Shown one piece after another: positions 61,732-64,000 of a stretch of DNA of 64,000 bases (positions within the stretch are counted from its first letter, which is position 1; each line of letters opens with the position of its first letter). Below the pieces are notes generated by a model that searched no databases, had not been told where the DNA came from, and saw only the letters and a program-made list of their open reading frames with translations. This DNA is from Camelus dromedarius (Eukaryota): contig NC_087447.1 of NCBI RefSeq assembly GCF_036321535.1, positions 46,130,001-46,194,000 on the forward strand, read 5' to 3'. The translations under genes and the position numbers were made by a program.

Positions 61732-62673
61732 ATGTCAGCCTCCAACATCACCTGAACTCATCCGGCAGTCTTCTTTTTGATGGGGATCCCTGGCCTGGAG
61801 CACTTGCATATCTGGATATCCATTCCCTTTTGCTCAGCCTATACACTGGCCCGTCTTGGCAGCTGCACCCTCCTCTTCATCATTCAGGCCGATACAGCCC
61901 TCCACAAGCCCATGTACCTCTTTCTGGCCGTGTTGGCAGCCATCGACCCGGTCGTCTCATCTACAACGCTTCCCAAAATGCTGGCTGTTTTTTGGTTCAG
62001 ACATCGGGAGATCAACTTCTATGCCTGTCTGGTCCAGATGTTCTTTCTCCACTCCTCTGTCGTGGAGTCGGCAGTGCTGCTGGCCACGGCCTTTGACCGC
62101 TATGTGGCCATCTGCAAGCCACTGCACTACACCACAGTCCTGACTGGGCCCCTTATCACCAAGATTGGCATGGCTGTTGTGACTCGGGCTGTGACACGAA
62201 TGACTCCACTCCCGTTTCTGCTCAGACGCTTCCACTGCTGCCGAGGCCCTGTGATTGCCCACTGCTGTTGTGAGCACATGGCCGTGGTAAGGCTGGCCTG
62301 TGGGGACACTCGCTTCAATAGTATCTATGGCATTGCTGTGGCCATGTTTATAGTGGTGTTGGACCTGCTGTTTGTTGTCCTGTCTTACGTCTTCATCCTT
62401 CGTGCAGTTCTGCAGCTTGCCTCTCAGGAGGCCCGCTACAAGGCCTGTGGGACGTGTGTGTCCCACATAGGTGCCATTTTAGCCTTTTACACACCTGTGG
62501 TCATCTCCTCGGTCATGCACCGTGTAGCTCGCCGGGCCGCCCCACATGTACACATTCTCCTTGCCAATTTCTATCTGCTCTTCCCGCCCGTGGTCAATCC
62601 CATCATCTATGGGGTCAAGACCAAGCAGATTCGTGAGCGAGTCTTAGGACTATTCCTGAGAAAGGATGTGTAA
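61732..62673 (+). pseudogene. OR52K2: OR52K-like (OR52K2/K1) olfactory receptor, probable pseudogene
   Basis: ATG at 61732 gives MSASNIT*THPAVFF (TGA at 61753-61755); frame is open from ATG 61780 but shows GN>GS, DL>DP, MAFDRY>TAFDRY and a one-codon deletion in TM3 (LHS-SVVES). Confidence 0.85.
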
Positions 62674-63419
62674 GTGGACAGTGAGGGACAGGCGGAGAGA
62701 GAGTGGGACAGACTGAATGCTGGAGTCGGGGTGAGGGAATGATAGTAAGTAGAGGGCTCCAGAGTTGCCTTGTGTTTAGTTAGTTTATAAGCAAGCGTGT
62801 GCGTGCGTGTGCACACACATACACACATAGAAATAATGTTCTACGTTTAGTTCGTATATGGTCAAAACCTTTTGCTTGTTTGTTTTGAGTATAATTGGGA
62901 TAGATGGAAACCTTAAAAATAATAGTAAATACTAAAACACATAAACATAGAGTGTAGCATGCCTTAAAAGAAGCTGTTTCCAAAACAAACATCTGCTTAT
63001 CTTTATTCTCACACAAGGAATGTCACCAGCCAATAAGTCACATATCACTCATAAAGAAGGAATGGCTTTGCTTCCAGTACGAGTCCAATATTCTAAGGCT
63101 CACCTAGCCGGATGATACCTCTAACACCAGAGCAACCATGATTAGTCACAAACATGAAAGGAAATTTTGTTACCTGATGTATTCACTCATTTGAGTTTAG
63201 CATTCCAACAAAGCACGAACACATGCAGCCCATAGGCACAAAATTTTCCCATCACACAGGGAATATGAAATTAGGAAACCTGGTGCTGTAGTCTGGGCCT
63301 AGTGACAACATTTCCAGTCACCTAACGAGGACTTCCCAGCATCCTAAATGAGGGTGCAGGGCTGCATGTCATCCATGAAGTAGCAGGGACAGTGCTTAAG
63401 TGTAGGACCCAGTTCAGCT

Positions 63420-63810
63420 CAGTGATCCCACAACTCCTTCCTTCCTGCCACTCAAAAGTCTTGTGTTACCTTTGAATCTCTTTTCTCTCACACTCTGTAT
63501 CTAATCTGATAAGAAATGCCATTGGCACATTTTACAAACATACACAAAATCTGATGACTTCTCAGCACATACATGCCACCACCTTGGTTATGAGCCATCA
63601 TCTTCTCTTTTCTGGATTACTGTAGTTTCTCTTTACTTATTTCCTTATTTCGTCCCTCAACCGTTTGTGCTATTCCCATCATAGAAGACATAAAAAACTT
63701 TTAAAAATACATGTCCACTTATGTTATCTATTGAATTAAAACTCTGGTTTTTATTCTGAGAGAAAGGTCGAACCTTGAAAAGTCCTTACAGTGGTACTTA
63801 CAAGGCCTTG
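63420..63810 (+). mobile_element. L2 fragment
   Basis: 'aaaatctgatgacttctca...gccaccaccttgg...gccatcatcttctc...tggattactgtagt...aagtccttacagtgg...caaggcc'. Confidence 0.55.
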
Positions 63811-64000
63811 TGTGATCAAGAAGTTCTGGTAAACCCAGGAAGGCTAAATAGAAATAAAACTATACCTAGACACATTGAAAAAGTGCAGAAAGTTAAAAAA
63901 GTTTTAATAGCTAGGGATGGTGGGTTCATTATAGTCAAGGGATCCACAATTAGATTGACATTTGACTTCAACATAAGCAGTGGAGGACAGAATGCAGTGG

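Noticed and set aside
1..64000. CRISPR arrays, tRNA/rRNA genes or prokaryotic systems
   Set aside because: The sequence is mammalian; no repeat-spacer array or structural RNA gene was recognised.

Overview
Mammalian genomic DNA from the class I olfactory receptor (OR) cluster. The lineage is probably camelid-like, inferred from the style of the young L1 3' ends and the apparent absence of ruminant or pig SINEs. Gene content: the last five coding exons of TRIM68 (+, with one GC-AG intron); an intact OR52I-type gene (-); an intact intronless 194-aa SSU72-like Pol II CTD phosphatase retrogene (+) preceded by a truncated tandem copy; an OR52B4-like pseudogene; an intact OR52B4-like gene; and an OR52K-like gene with a nonsense codon at position 8. 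The rest is mostly L1, L2, MIR, MaLR/ERV solo LTRs and hAT MITEs. The two most interesting signals are (1) the SSU72-like retrogene, which keeps its catalytic residues and has a TATA-like promoter region dense in DUX-type double-homeodomain motifs, making it a candidate embryonic-genome-activation CTD phosphatase, and (2) an L1 3' transduction with a 13-bp TSD at 46.1-47.0 kb. Repeat family names and comparisons with human proteins are from memory and were not run against databases.
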